Assembly (NCBI GenBank): GCA_965216875.1
Contig: OZ244207.1
Location: 7,008,001-7,072,000, forward strand
Direction of reading: 5' to 3'
Length of the DNA stretch: 64,000 nucleotides
Source: Rubripirellula sp.
GTDB taxonomy: Bacteria; Planctomycetota; Planctomycetia; Pirellulales; Pirellulaceae
Shown: positions 9,570 to 18,516 of the stretch, piece by piece
How positions within the stretch are numbered: position 1 is the stretch's first letter
Layout: the number at the start of each line of letters is the position of its first letter
Made by a program: the position numbers and the translations under genes
Notes under the pieces: generated by a model
What the model was told of the DNA's origin: nothing
The model's database searches: none
Seen by the model: the letters and a program-made list of their open reading frames with translations, nothing else

Positions 9570-9935
9570 GTGTGTTCATTCCACCTCTACCTCTATGGCC
9601 CTGACAAAGGGCCGATTGACACCAGCTTTGAAGCTGCCGCGGCGCGGCTGCAGACGCTCGAGCTGCTTCACTTCGAGCCCGACGGGTCATTCGTTTGGAT
9701 CCGCGGCGAGGGAAAACAGCAGATCTACGGCATGCTCTACGATGCCCAAGGCAAGATCCAATACGGCGAACTGCAAGGCAAATGCGACAACGCAACCTGG
9801 CGCCGCCTGGTCGCCGCGATTTGCGGCGACTGCAGCCAATCGCTACTGGTGATGCGTTTGCCCGATCGCAAATTGCAAGATTTGCAAAGCTTTGAAAGGG
9901 AGGCATGGCCCGTTCACAACGAGCCGATCGAGTAG
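9570..9935 (+). CDS. Hypothetical protein
   Basis: GTG 9570 with AGGAG upstream (frame open from 9453); protein-like composition (FEPDGSFVW...GMLYD); no family recognised. Confidence 0.6.
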   Translation: MCSFHLYLYGPDKGPIDTSFEAAAARLQTLELLHFEPDGSFVWIRGEGKQQIYGMLYDAQGKIQYGELQGKCDNATWRRLVAAICGDCSQSLLVMRLPDRKLQDLQSFEREAWPVHNEPIE

Positions 9936-10076
9936 ACGCGAAAAAGTTGTCTTTTCTTTTTGCCTTCGTTCTTTCCCGAAAAACCCGCCTTTTCTGGAGT
10001 TTCTTTCGACTCCCAGGCCAATTTTCGAACCCACCGGGCGAACTTCAGAGGGTCCGGATCTGTCAATTTTGATGAT

Positions 10077-10092
10077 TGGCACACTTGTTGCT
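10077..10092 (+). promoter_or_regulatory. Sigma54 (-24/-12) promoter
   Basis: TGGCACACTTGTTGCT matches TGGCACR-N4-TTGCW with exact GG-N10-GC spacing; intergenic, upstream of the 66-aa ORF. Confidence 0.7.
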
Positions 10093-10217
10093 TTTCTACC
10101 ATCTGATAGTCGGCAAGCCGGCCATTACTAAACTCACGCGTTCGCCGGAGACACTCGATCGAACGCTATCAAGAGTCGGGAATACCTGACGAATCTTGTT
10201 TCAGGAGGGAATCAACC

Positions 10218-10418
10218 ATGTTGACCACTTGCACCCCAACCATCTCAGAGACTCCCGTTGCGTCGCAAAATGAGACGCTGCCTTCGGATATCGAAATTTC
10301 GCGACGTGTTCTGCGAATCCGATCACGCTGGAGTGTTGGTGAGCGAATTCGCCGACGCCAAGAGGCGGAGCAACGATTTGTCGATCTGATGTCCGCGCTT
10401 GCCAGCGACGCTGCCTAG
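10218..10418 (+). CDS. Small hypothetical protein (66 aa)
   Basis: Strong SD AGGAGGG before ATG, sigma54 site upstream, hairpin downstream; basic amphipathic C-terminal helix. Confidence 0.7.
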   Translation: MLTTCTPTISETPVASQNETLPSDIEISRRVLRIRSRWSVGERIRRRQEAEQRFVDLMSALASDAA

Positions 10419-10448
10419 TCGTTTTTCCTCACGGCTGTGGCAACAAAG

Positions 10449-10482
10449 TTCGCCGCAGCCACACGGCTGCGGCGAAGGTTTT
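10449..10482 (+). terminator. Hairpin / probable intrinsic terminator between convergent genes
   Basis: TTCGCCGCAGCC-ACAC-GGCTGCGGCGAA followed by GGTTTT. Confidence 0.55.
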
Positions 10483-10534
10483 GTCGTGGCTGTGGGTCAA
10501 CCGGCGAATCGTCTCGTGGACAGACATTGGATCG

Positions 10535-11053
10535 TCAATCGAGTCCTTCGCCACCGATTGCAGGCCGATGAATCGATTCGCCTGCGGTTTCGCCGTGGTA
10601 GCGGCTTGCTTCCAAAAACGACTCGAGCAGAACCAGCGCTGCGACGGCGTCGACGCGTTGCTTCTTCTTTGCTCGTGTGTACCCGCCGTCAGCCATCCGA
10701 CGATTGGCATCTGCGGTCGTGAACCGCTCATCAAAAAGGCGGACGGGAATTTCTGTCTGTTCGGCCAGCCATTTCGCGAATTCACGGCATTCGAGACTCT
10801 TTTGGCTTTCACCCCCATCGCAGTGAATGGGTAGCCCGACCACAAAGCCAGCAATGCGTTCGAGCTTGACGAGGCTGCGGAAATAATCGCCATCGTCGCG
10901 CCAATTTTTCGCCGGATGCACTTCGAGCGGACTGGCCAGGATGCGGTCGGGATCACAGATCGCAATTCCGATTCTTACCGAGCCAAAGTCAATCGAAGCG
11001 ACTCGGCCCGATTGTGGGAATTCATCAGCAGGAGGCGTGGGCGTATTGGACAT
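10535..11053 (-). CDS. ruvX: Holliday junction resolvase-like / pre-16S rRNA nuclease RuvX (YqgF)
   Basis: SIDFGSVRIGIAICD, VVGLP, DERFTT, VDAVAALVLLESFL motifs. Confidence 0.92.
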   Translation of the reverse strand: MSNTPTPPADEFPQSGRVASIDFGSVRIGIAICDPDRILASPLEVHPAKNWRDDGDYFRSLVKLERIAGFVVGLPIHCDGGESQKSLECREFAKWLAEQTEIPVRLFDERFTTADANRRMADGGYTRAKKKQRVDAVAALVLLESFLEASRYHGETAGESIHRPAIGGEGLD

Positions 11054-11110
11054 TTGATCGAGTGTATAGTCGCCCCCCGCATCGTGAAAGTCATGAGCCG
11101 CTGGCCCCAC

Positions 11111-11181
11111 CCTCGTTACCCCGCTCCGCGTGGTAACGCACTCTTCGGACGCTCCGCGTCCCTACCTTCGCCAGAAGGTGG
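11111..11181. repeat. REP family G element abutting a 5'-truncated family B element
   Basis: CCTCGTTACC..CGCTCCGCGTGGTAACGCACTCTTCGGACGCTCCGCGTCC, then CTACCTTCGCCAGAAGGTGG; family G copies also at 23916 and 38177. Confidence 0.8.
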
Positions 11182-11290
11182 ATCCCCTTCCTCACGCTCC
11201 AGCAGCACCAATGCCCGATGCAGCATCGCTGGCTTTCACTTAAGATCTGGGTGACTCGCCTCAACTCACCGCCCCTCTCGAATCATCAAC

Positions 11291-12574
11291 GTGGATCAAA
11301 GTCAGCGCGACCGCTTTCGAAGCCTGCCACCGGAATCGCTCCGCGCTCACCAGCTCGATCGCCTCAATCAGGTTCTTGCGACTGCCAAGAGGCAATCGTT
11401 TTACGCTGAGCGTCTTGCGACGGTTGAATCGCCGCTGAAGTCACTTGATCAGCTGGCCTCGATACCGCTGATTGATAAGGGCGACCTGATTGCGGACGAG
11501 CGTGGTCAGCCGGGACGCATTTTCGAGCGACCACGGTCAGAGTACACGCGGCTGCATCAAACAAGCGGCACACGCGGGTTTCCGATGCCCGTCCTCGACA
11601 CGCACGACGATTGGCAATGGTGGATGGATTGCTGGGCGTACGTTTTGGATGCCGCCCAAGTGACGGCCGATGACGTCGCGATGATGGCGTTCTCGTTCGG
11701 CCCGTTCATTGGTTTCTGGACGGCCAACGACGCCTTGGTCCAACGCGGCGCGATGGTCGTTCCCGGCGGCGGCATGTCGAGCGAAGCGAGGTTGCAGCTG
11801 ATCGATGATCACCGCGCGACGGTTGTTTGTTGCACCCCAACGTACGCGTTGCACCTGGCTTCGGTCGCTGAGGACCGTGGCATCGATTTGGCATCGAATT
11901 CGGTGACGCGGATCATTGTGGCGGGAGAGCCGGGCGGCAGTGTCGGCGCGGTGCGCAGCCGAATCGAATCTGCATGGGGCGCGACCGTGATCGACCATAG
12001 CGGCGCAAGCGAAGTCGGCGCCTGGGGCGTGGGCAGTGTCGACGGACGCGGCTTGCACGTGGTCGAATCCGAGTTCATCGCCGAACTGCTGAAGTTCGAC
12101 GACGACCATCCCAATGGCGTGGTTGCCGGCGAAGGCGAAGAGGCCGAGTTGGTGCTGACGAACCTGGGACGACTCGGTGGACCAGCCATTCGGTATCGCA
12201 CCGGCGACATCGTTCGCGGCTATCGCCGTCATGATTACGATTGTCGATTCGTTTGGCTCGAAGGTGGTGTGCTCGGTCGATCCGACGACATGATGGTGAT
12301 CCGCGGCGTGAACGTTTTCCCGAGCAGTGTCGAAGCGATCGTGCGCCAGGTGGATGGCTCGGCCGAGTTCCGGATGATTGCGACCCGCAAAGCGGAGATG
12401 GACCAACTTGCCCTTGAAATTGAATCGAGCCAAGCGACCGCAACGAAGCTCGAAAACCTTTTTCGTGAACGCTTGGCAATGCGCGTCGTGGTGACGTGTG
12501 TGGCGGCCGGTTCGTTGCCGCGGTTTGAGGCAAAGGCGAAACGTTGGATTGATCGTAGACAAGCGAACGAGTGA
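11291..12574 (+). CDS. Phenylacetate-CoA ligase / coenzyme F390 synthetase family protein
   Basis: HQTSGTRG P-loop, IVAGEPG, HSGASEVG, RYRTGD, GRSDDMMVIRGVNVFPS. Confidence 0.85.
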   Translation: MDQSQRDRFRSLPPESLRAHQLDRLNQVLATAKRQSFYAERLATVESPLKSLDQLASIPLIDKGDLIADERGQPGRIFERPRSEYTRLHQTSGTRGFPMPVLDTHDDWQWWMDCWAYVLDAAQVTADDVAMMAFSFGPFIGFWTANDALVQRGAMVVPGGGMSSEARLQLIDDHRATVVCCTPTYALHLASVAEDRGIDLASNSVTRIIVAGEPGGSVGAVRSRIESAWGATVIDHSGASEVGAWGVGSVDGRGLHVVESEFIAELLKFDDDHPNGVVAGEGEEAELVLTNLGRLGGPAIRYRTGDIVRGYRRHDYDCRFVWLEGGVLGRSDDMMVIRGVNVFPSSVEAIVRQVDGSAEFRMIATRKAEMDQLALEIESSQATATKLENLFRERLAMRVVVTCVAAGSLPRFEAKAKRWIDRRQANE

Positions 12575-12575
12575 A

Positions 12576-12920
12576 ATGAACGAAGCAACAGATACAAGTG
12601 ATACGCCCACACCGACAGCGATTGAGCGAGTAGGCGATGCGGCGATTCGTATCTCTTGGAGCGATGGAAGCGAAGTCACTTGGTCGGCCGGCCAGCTACG
12701 AAAGGATTGCCCCTGTGCAACTTGCCGCGAAAAGCGTCGCGGTGACCAGGACAAGGCGGAAGCCAAGCCGCTCGGTTTGCCCGTTCTGTCGGCTGCCGAG
12801 GCGCGCCCCTTGACGATCGAGTCGATGAGTCCGGTGGGAAGCTATGCCTACAACATCGCTTTTAGCGACGGCCATTCGTCCGGTATCTTTCCGTTAGAAA
12901 CTCTTTACAAGAAAGAGTGA
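12576..12920 (+). CDS. DUF971 / GBBH-like N-terminal domain protein
   Basis: LRKDCPCATC and VGSYAYNIAFSDGHSSGIF motifs; starts 1 nt after the ligase stop. Confidence 0.85.
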   Translation: MNEATDTSDTPTPTAIERVGDAAIRISWSDGSEVTWSAGQLRKDCPCATCREKRRGDQDKAEAKPLGLPVLSAAEARPLTIESMSPVGSYAYNIAFSDGHSSGIFPLETLYKKE

Positions 12921-13018
12921 GCCTGGTGGCTGGTACTTGCGTCGTTACAGGTACAAGTCCCTGAAAAGCCCCCTGAAAAGCCCCTGTAGATTCAATTTCT
13001 CGAACTGGATCGGTCTCA

Positions 13019-13255
13019 ATGAGTGGCCACGATTTGCAACGCGCATGGCGAGTCGTCAGTGAAAATCGCATTCGTGCGGCTCAGGCCGAAGGGGAATTTG
13101 AAGATCTGGCCGGATTTGGCCGACCTCTAGAAGAGTTGATGGACATCAACGACCCCAACGGCTGGATTCGCCGCACGATTCGCGATTCGGTACAAACGCC
13201 CGAAAAGCGAGCATCACTTCGTAGGGTGTGTGCTCGCACGCACCAGTCGCCTTGA
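13019..13255 (+). CDS. DUF1992 (DnaJ-associated) domain protein, short, possibly truncated
   Basis: ENRIRAAQAEGEFEDLAGFGRPL resembles the DUF1992 E.RI..A...G.FD.L.G.GKPL motif; the 3' end overlaps a REP family H element. Confidence 0.65.
   Translation: MSGHDLQRAWRVVSENRIRAAQAEGEFEDLAGFGRPLEELMDINDPNGWIRRTIRDSVQTPEKRASLRRVCARTHQSP
13221..13244 (+). repeat. REP family H element (GTAGGGTGYGTGCTYGCACGCRCC)
   Basis: Near-identical to the intergenic copy at 55091-55114. Confidence 0.7.
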
Positions 13256-13302
13256 ATCGAGGGACCTTGAATCGGGGTGCGTACTAACAAAGGAAAGCCT
13301 GT

Positions 13303-14745
13303 ATGAAACGCGGTAATGATTTCCAATCTTTGAGTCTTTTGACTGACCTTTATCAGTTGACCATGGGCTATGGGTATTGGAGTCACGGCCGCCACTCACA
13401 ACGCAGTGCCTTTCATCTCTTTTTTCGCACCTGCCCGTTCGGTGGCAATCACGCGATCTCTGCAGGTCTCGCAACCGCCGTCGATTGGCTTACCCAATTC
13501 GAGGTGGCCACCGAAGACGTTGAGTTTCTTGCGACGATCCAGGGAAACGACGGCAAGCCAATCTTTTCGCCAGCTTTTCTTGACGCCATCAACGGCATGA
13601 AACTCTCGGTCGATATCGATGCGATGCCCGAGGGGACGATCGTTTTTGGACACCAACCGATCGTCCGTGTGACAGGGCCTTTGTGGCAGTGTCAATGGAT
13701 CGAAACGGCACTGCTGAACATCATCAACTTTCAAACGCTGATCGCGACCAAAGCCTCGCGTGTCTGCGCGGCTGCAAGTGGCGATTCGGTTCTTGAATTC
13801 GGATTGCGACGCGCCCAGGGAATCGATGGTGCCCTAAGTGCCTCACGCGCCGCCTACATCGGCGGATGCCACGCGACAAGCAACGTCTTGGCGGGCAAAC
13901 GTTTCGGCATTCCTGTCAAAGGAACCCTTGCGCACAGCTGGGTGATGTCGTTTGATGACGAACAGGAGTCGTTCGAAGCGTACGCCAAGGTGCTGCCTAA
14001 CAACTGTGTCTTTCTTGTTGACACCTACGACACGATCGAGGGCGTCAAGAAAGCGATCGAAGTCGGCAAGCAGCTTCGCGATTCAGGGCACAAGATGATG
14101 GGCATTCGCCTCGATTCGGGAGACCTCGCACAGCTCAGCAAAGACTCGCGCACACTGCTTGATGAAGCCGGTTTTGAAGATGCCGCGATCGTTGCGAGCA
14201 ACGATTTGGACGAACACTCGATTGCCGAACTCAAACGCGACGGAGCGACCATCGCGATCTGGGGCGTCGGTACAAACCTCGTCACCGCACGTGATCAGCC
14301 GGCACTCGGAGGCGTGTACAAGTTGGCTGCGATCGAAGATGAATCGGGGACCTGGCAGCCTCGTATTAAGTTGTCCGAGTCGGCCATCAAGACATCGATC
14401 CCTGGCATCTTGCAGGTGCGTCGCTACAAACGCGATGGGAAGCTGATTGGGGATGTCATCCATAGCGAATTGACGGGCCAACCTGAATCGCAAACAGTCG
14501 CGTTGGATGCAAAGACGGCGATCGATGTTGGCGAATCAGACCAATACGAAGATCTCTTACAGCCCGTCTTGCGAGATGGAAAGTTAGTTCAAGAGCTGCC
14601 CAGTCTCGATCAGGTACGGGAATACGCATCAGCCCAACGCGATCAGTTTGCCGAGTCGATGAAGGATCGAGAGGCCTATCCCATCGGACTCGAGCCAGCG
14701 CTACACGAACAAAAACAGGCGTTGATCAAAGCGGCACGCGCGTAG
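13303..14745 (+). CDS. pncB: Nicotinate phosphoribosyltransferase
   Basis: LLTDLYQLTM, EFGLRRAQG, GTLAHSWV, LVDTYDT, GIRLDSGDL, GGVYKL. Confidence 0.95.
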   Translation: MKRGNDFQSLSLLTDLYQLTMGYGYWSHGRHSQRSAFHLFFRTCPFGGNHAISAGLATAVDWLTQFEVATEDVEFLATIQGNDGKPIFSPAFLDAINGMKLSVDIDAMPEGTIVFGHQPIVRVTGPLWQCQWIETALLNIINFQTLIATKASRVCAAASGDSVLEFGLRRAQGIDGALSASRAAYIGGCHATSNVLAGKRFGIPVKGTLAHSWVMSFDDEQESFEAYAKVLPNNCVFLVDTYDTIEGVKKAIEVGKQLRDSGHKMMGIRLDSGDLAQLSKDSRTLLDEAGFEDAAIVASNDLDEHSIAELKRDGATIAIWGVGTNLVTARDQPALGGVYKLAAIEDESGTWQPRIKLSESAIKTSIPGILQVRRYKRDGKLIGDVIHSELTGQPESQTVALDAKTAIDVGESDQYEDLLQPVLRDGKLVQELPSLDQVREYASAQRDQFAESMKDREAYPIGLEPALHEQKQALIKAARA

Positions 14746-14872
14746 GTCATGCTCTGCATGACACGTGTTTTACCCCGTGAGCCGCTCGCGCTAGCGTCGG
14801 GCCCTAGACTCCGTCGGCCCCTACACTCCAAGACACCTAATCTGAACACTTGTCATGCGGAGCATGACCTAC
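14742..14872. repeat. REP family D inverted pair (GTAGGTCATGCTCYGCATGACA) with a nested family E element
   Basis: D at 14742-14763 and inverted at 14851-14872; E at 14777-14803; each GTAG contains the TAG stop of one flanking gene. Confidence 0.88.
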
Positions 14873-16632
14873 TTTTGTGATGCGATCCAGGAATCGATTC
14901 GCTTCTCCAACAGTGGCAGCGGGATCGAACCAGCTTCGAGCACTCGATCGTGAAAGCTCCGCACGTCGAATCGATCGCCCAGCTCCCGTTCGGCCTTTGC
15001 GCGCAATCGTGAAATCATAAGCTCACCCGTTTTATAGGCGAGCGCTTGCCCAGGCCAACCGATGTAGCGATCGACTTCGGCGACGATATTATGTGCACTC
15101 AGCGCTGTGTTCTCGGTCATGTAGTCAATGGCTTGTTGGCGCGTCCAACCCATCGCATGGATTCCGGTATCGACGACCAACCGACTTGCTCGCCACGCCT
15201 CCATGCTTAGTCGGCCAAAGTCTTGGTAGGGATCTTCATAGAAACCGATCTCTTTACCGATGCGTTCACTGTAAAGCGCCCAGCCTTCGATAAAGGCGGT
15301 CATGTCACTCTCACGACTGATGGGATGCAACTCGGTGAGTTCGGCTTGCAAAGCGAGTTGCAGATGATGTCCTGGGACCGCTTCGTGTAACGAGAGGGCT
15401 TCGAGTTGGTAAAGCGGCCTCGACGAAAGGTTGTACGTGTTGACGTAATAGAACCCGGCTCGCGTTCCATCGGTTGCGGGCGGCCAGTAGTACGCGGCGG
15501 TGGTTTGCGGGGCGATGTAGGCAGGGATTTCCATGATCCCATAAGGAGTGCGTGGCAGTTTGCCAAACAATTCGGGAAGCCGCCCGTCCGCTCGCTTCAG
15601 GATCAACGCGACTTCTTTCATCAACTCTTCAGGTGTCTCGGGATAAAACTTGGGATCGGTGCGCAGGTGCGTCAGGAACGCTTTCAGATCCCCTTCGAAG
15701 CCAACCGATTCGCGAATCGCTTCCATCTCGCTGCGGATTCGGGCGTTTTCTGCGACACCCGTTTCGTGGATCTGCTCGGGGGTCAACTCGAGGGTTGTGA
15801 ATCGTTCGATTCGATCGCGATAGAATGCTCGACCATCCGGCAAAGCGGAGGCGCCAATCGGGCCACGCAAGGCGGGCAAGTATTCCTTTTTTAGAAACTC
15901 GGCAAAGCGTTTGTAGGCGGGGACCACCGACTCTTTGATTGCTGCACGGATTTCATCAGCGATGGATGCCCATTGCTCGTCCCCGAGTTTCTCAATCGAC
16001 TCTTTGCTGATGTTCTTTAGAAACAGCGACTTGTTGGGGTTATCAACAATGTGGGCTTCCGTTTGCGAGAGCGTCCCTCGCATGATGATGGCGGGCTGGG
16101 TGTAGCCCTTTTCGATACCCAATCGCAGCAGCGCGATCTGTTGGTCCGTGTATCGGCCAAAGTCGCGAAGACGCGCGACGTAGTTGTCAAAGTCCGCCTC
16201 GGACTTGGGGTTCATCAGTCGCGGCAATTCAGGAAACGAAGTGTGAAAACCGCTTCGATTGCTGATGCCAATCAGGTGAACGTTGAATTTGATGTCAGAC
16301 AATTGTCCGACGAGTCGCCGACGCAGGAGTTCGTAGTCGATTTGGGCGAACTCGGACAAATCGTTTGGATTGATGCCCTCGAGTCGTTTAAGGAACTCGC
16401 GTCGAGCGCCCGTGCGCCGCTCGATCGCTTGAAGGCTGTCGTCGGCCAAGCGATCTTGGCCGCGGGAATCGCCAATGTTGGTCGCCAGCATCGGCGACTC
16501 GACGATTTCAAATTCCCAGACCTCATCGAGTAGTCGGCGCAATGGAGCGTCATTTGGCTCGGCAGCCGATGTCAGGGAGGCCAACGCGGCGACGTTTGCG
16601 AAGACGACGGAGATCAAGAGCGTGCGGAACAT
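14869..16632 (-). CDS. DUF885 family exported protein (putative metallopeptidase)
   Basis: Signal peptide MFRTLLISVV; HEAVPGHHLQ, FIEGWALYSE, RLVVDTGIH, GQALAYK motifs. Confidence 0.9.
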   Translation of the reverse strand: MFRTLLISVVFANVAALASLTSAAEPNDAPLRRLLDEVWEFEIVESPMLATNIGDSRGQDRLADDSLQAIERRTGARREFLKRLEGINPNDLSEFAQIDYELLRRRLVGQLSDIKFNVHLIGISNRSGFHTSFPELPRLMNPKSEADFDNYVARLRDFGRYTDQQIALLRLGIEKGYTQPAIIMRGTLSQTEAHIVDNPNKSLFLKNISKESIEKLGDEQWASIADEIRAAIKESVVPAYKRFAEFLKKEYLPALRGPIGASALPDGRAFYRDRIERFTTLELTPEQIHETGVAENARIRSEMEAIRESVGFEGDLKAFLTHLRTDPKFYPETPEELMKEVALILKRADGRLPELFGKLPRTPYGIMEIPAYIAPQTTAAYYWPPATDGTRAGFYYVNTYNLSSRPLYQLEALSLHEAVPGHHLQLALQAELTELHPISRESDMTAFIEGWALYSERIGKEIGFYEDPYQDFGRLSMEAWRASRLVVDTGIHAMGWTRQQAIDYMTENTALSAHNIVAEVDRYIGWPGQALAYKTGELMISRLRAKAERELGDRFDVRSFHDRVLEAGSIPLPLLEKRIDSWIASQK

Positions 16633-16856
16633 TCGGAATCCAATCGGTGGGAGGCCTGCGCCGTGCATCGGTCGTTCGCTGCAGTGGACCGACAGAATCA
16701 AAGTCGCTGGTCGCAGGGGCACTGGCTATCGGGATGCTGGTTGCAGGATCTGCGTGGGAGCATCAAGGTATCGTAACCCAAGGCGAACCGCACGCGTTGT
16801 GGATGGCTCTTTTTGTGTAAAGAGCTGGTTTTGCAATTCTGACGATGGAGAACGGT

Positions 16857-17450
16857 ATGCGGGTCTTACTTCTGATTGATATTCAAAACGACTTTTTGCC
16901 GGGCGGGGCGTTGGCAGTGCCCGATGGAGATGCGGTGATTGAGGTTGCTAACCAGATTGCATCCGAAGTGGATCATGTCGTTGCCAGCCAGGATTGGCAC
17001 CCGGCCAGTCACGGCAGTTTCGCAAGCCAACATGGTTTGAATGTCGGTGAAACCTTCACGCTCGGCGATCTGCCGCAAGTCGCTTGGCCCGATCATTGCA
17101 TCGAGGACTCTTCAGGAGCCGAGCTGGCCGCCGCCCTGGACCTTTCACAGATCAATCATGTGGTGCGCAAGGGTACCGATCCCGAGATTGATTCCTACAG
17201 CGCGTTTTTTGACAATGGCCACAAGCGATCGACCGGTTTGCACGACTATCTACAGCAGATTGGTGCGACGGAACTTGTCGTCCTCGGTTTGGCGACGGAC
17301 TACTGCGTCAAGTTCACGGTGCTCGATGCACTTGAGCTGGGCTATCCGACAACGGTCAAGCTTTCCGGTTGCCGCGGCGTTGACCTCAATGCAGGTGATG
17401 TCAATGCCGCCATCGAGCAGATGCGCGAAGCGGGAGCGGCAATCGCGTAG
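16857..17450 (+). CDS. pncA: Nicotinamidase/pyrazinamidase
   Basis: IDIQNDFLPGGALAV, SQDWHP..H.SF, WPDHC, DSYSAFFDNG, GLATDYCV. Confidence 0.95.
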   Translation: MRVLLLIDIQNDFLPGGALAVPDGDAVIEVANQIASEVDHVVASQDWHPASHGSFASQHGLNVGETFTLGDLPQVAWPDHCIEDSSGAELAAALDLSQINHVVRKGTDPEIDSYSAFFDNGHKRSTGLHDYLQQIGATELVVLGLATDYCVKFTVLDALELGYPTTVKLSGCRGVDLNAGDVNAAIEQMREAGAAIA

Positions 17451-17530
17451 GCCGGATCAAGGAGCGAGAGCGACACAGATCCGGCATCGTCCCAATCCAC
17501 TTTCCCCCACGCTCTGGCGAGCGTAGCTAC
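17447..17530. repeat. Mixed REP pair: family C (17447-17485) and inverted family B (17507-17530)
   Basis: GTAGGCCGGATCAAGGAGCGAGAGCGACACAGATCCGGC and CCACGCTCTGGCGAGCGTAGCTAC. Confidence 0.85.
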
Positions 17531-17550
17531 GGTGCACTGGGGCGACTATC

Positions 17551-18369
17551 ATGTGCAGCCTTCCCTCCCCCACCCTCCTGCCCATGGTCTTGTTGCCGAT
17601 GACTCTCTTGTCTCGTTTGATGCTGCCGGCGCTTAGCCTTGCTGTTCTTTGCACTTCAACGTTCGCCCAGGATGATGTCCTTGCGCCCTATCGGGACGCG
17701 GCGGTAGAACGCTGGGAGGACGACATCAAGAAGTTAGAAGCGTTAGACGAATTGACCGAGGATCCAGCTGGCGGCATCCTGTTCTTGGGCAGTAGTAGTA
17801 TTCGCCGTTGGGACACGATCGCCACTGACATGTCGCCCTACCCTGCCATCAAACGCGGGTATGGCGGTGCCAAGTACAGTGACTTGGCTGTGTACGCGGA
17901 ACGTTTGATTCGTCCGCATCGATATCGCGGCGTCGTCATCTTCGTCGGCAATGATGTCTCCGGTAAAGATTCGGATCACACGCCGGATCAGGTTGAGCAG
18001 CTAGTGCGTCACGTCTTGAAGGTTTCACAGCGCCATTCGCCCTCGTCGCCGGTGCTTTTGATCGAGGTGACACCGACCGAAAAACGTTGGAATGTGTGGG
18101 GCAAGATTCGCGCGGTGAACGCCCGCTTGAGAGAGATCGCACTGACGACCGAGAACACGTACTTCATTGCAACCGCCGAGCACTATTTGACGCCCGCCGG
18201 ATTGCCTCGCTCGGAACTTTTCGTCGAAGACAAACTCCATTTGAACGAACAGGGGTACGACCTCTGGTCGACGCTGATTCGTCGTCGCTTGGACGATGTG
18301 TTCCGTCAAACTGCCGCGGCCGAAGCGTCGGCGCAAAGTGCGCAAGATGAGGCGGCTTCGCCGCAGTGA
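17551..18369 (+). CDS. SGNH/GDSL hydrolase, exported
   Basis: FLGSSSIRRW, RGYGG, VGND, DKLH blocks; true start probably 17584-17620. Confidence 0.88.
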   Translation: MCSLPSPTLLPMVLLPMTLLSRLMLPALSLAVLCTSTFAQDDVLAPYRDAAVERWEDDIKKLEALDELTEDPAGGILFLGSSSIRRWDTIATDMSPYPAIKRGYGGAKYSDLAVYAERLIRPHRYRGVVIFVGNDVSGKDSDHTPDQVEQLVRHVLKVSQRHSPSSPVLLIEVTPTEKRWNVWGKIRAVNARLREIALTTENTYFIATAEHYLTPAGLPRSELFVEDKLHLNEQGYDLWSTLIRRRLDDVFRQTAAAEASAQSAQDEAASPQ

Positions 18370-18516
18370 CGAGGCTGCGAAGTCGGACGGAACAGTTTCA
18401 CGATGAATTATTTGCGTTTCACAGCCTTTTCTTTCGTTTCATTGGCTGATTTGCAAGCACACCCGCGTGATTTCAGGTTGTGATCTGGCGAAGCCAATTC
18501 GTACACTCCGCCTGCA

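Noticed and set aside
11537..12766. 409-aa minus-strand ORF
   Set aside because: Shadow of the PaaK-like and DUF971 genes
13221..13244. Palindrome upstream of pncB as an NrtR operator
   Set aside because: It matches the GTAG-led repeat at 55091, so it is better explained as a REP
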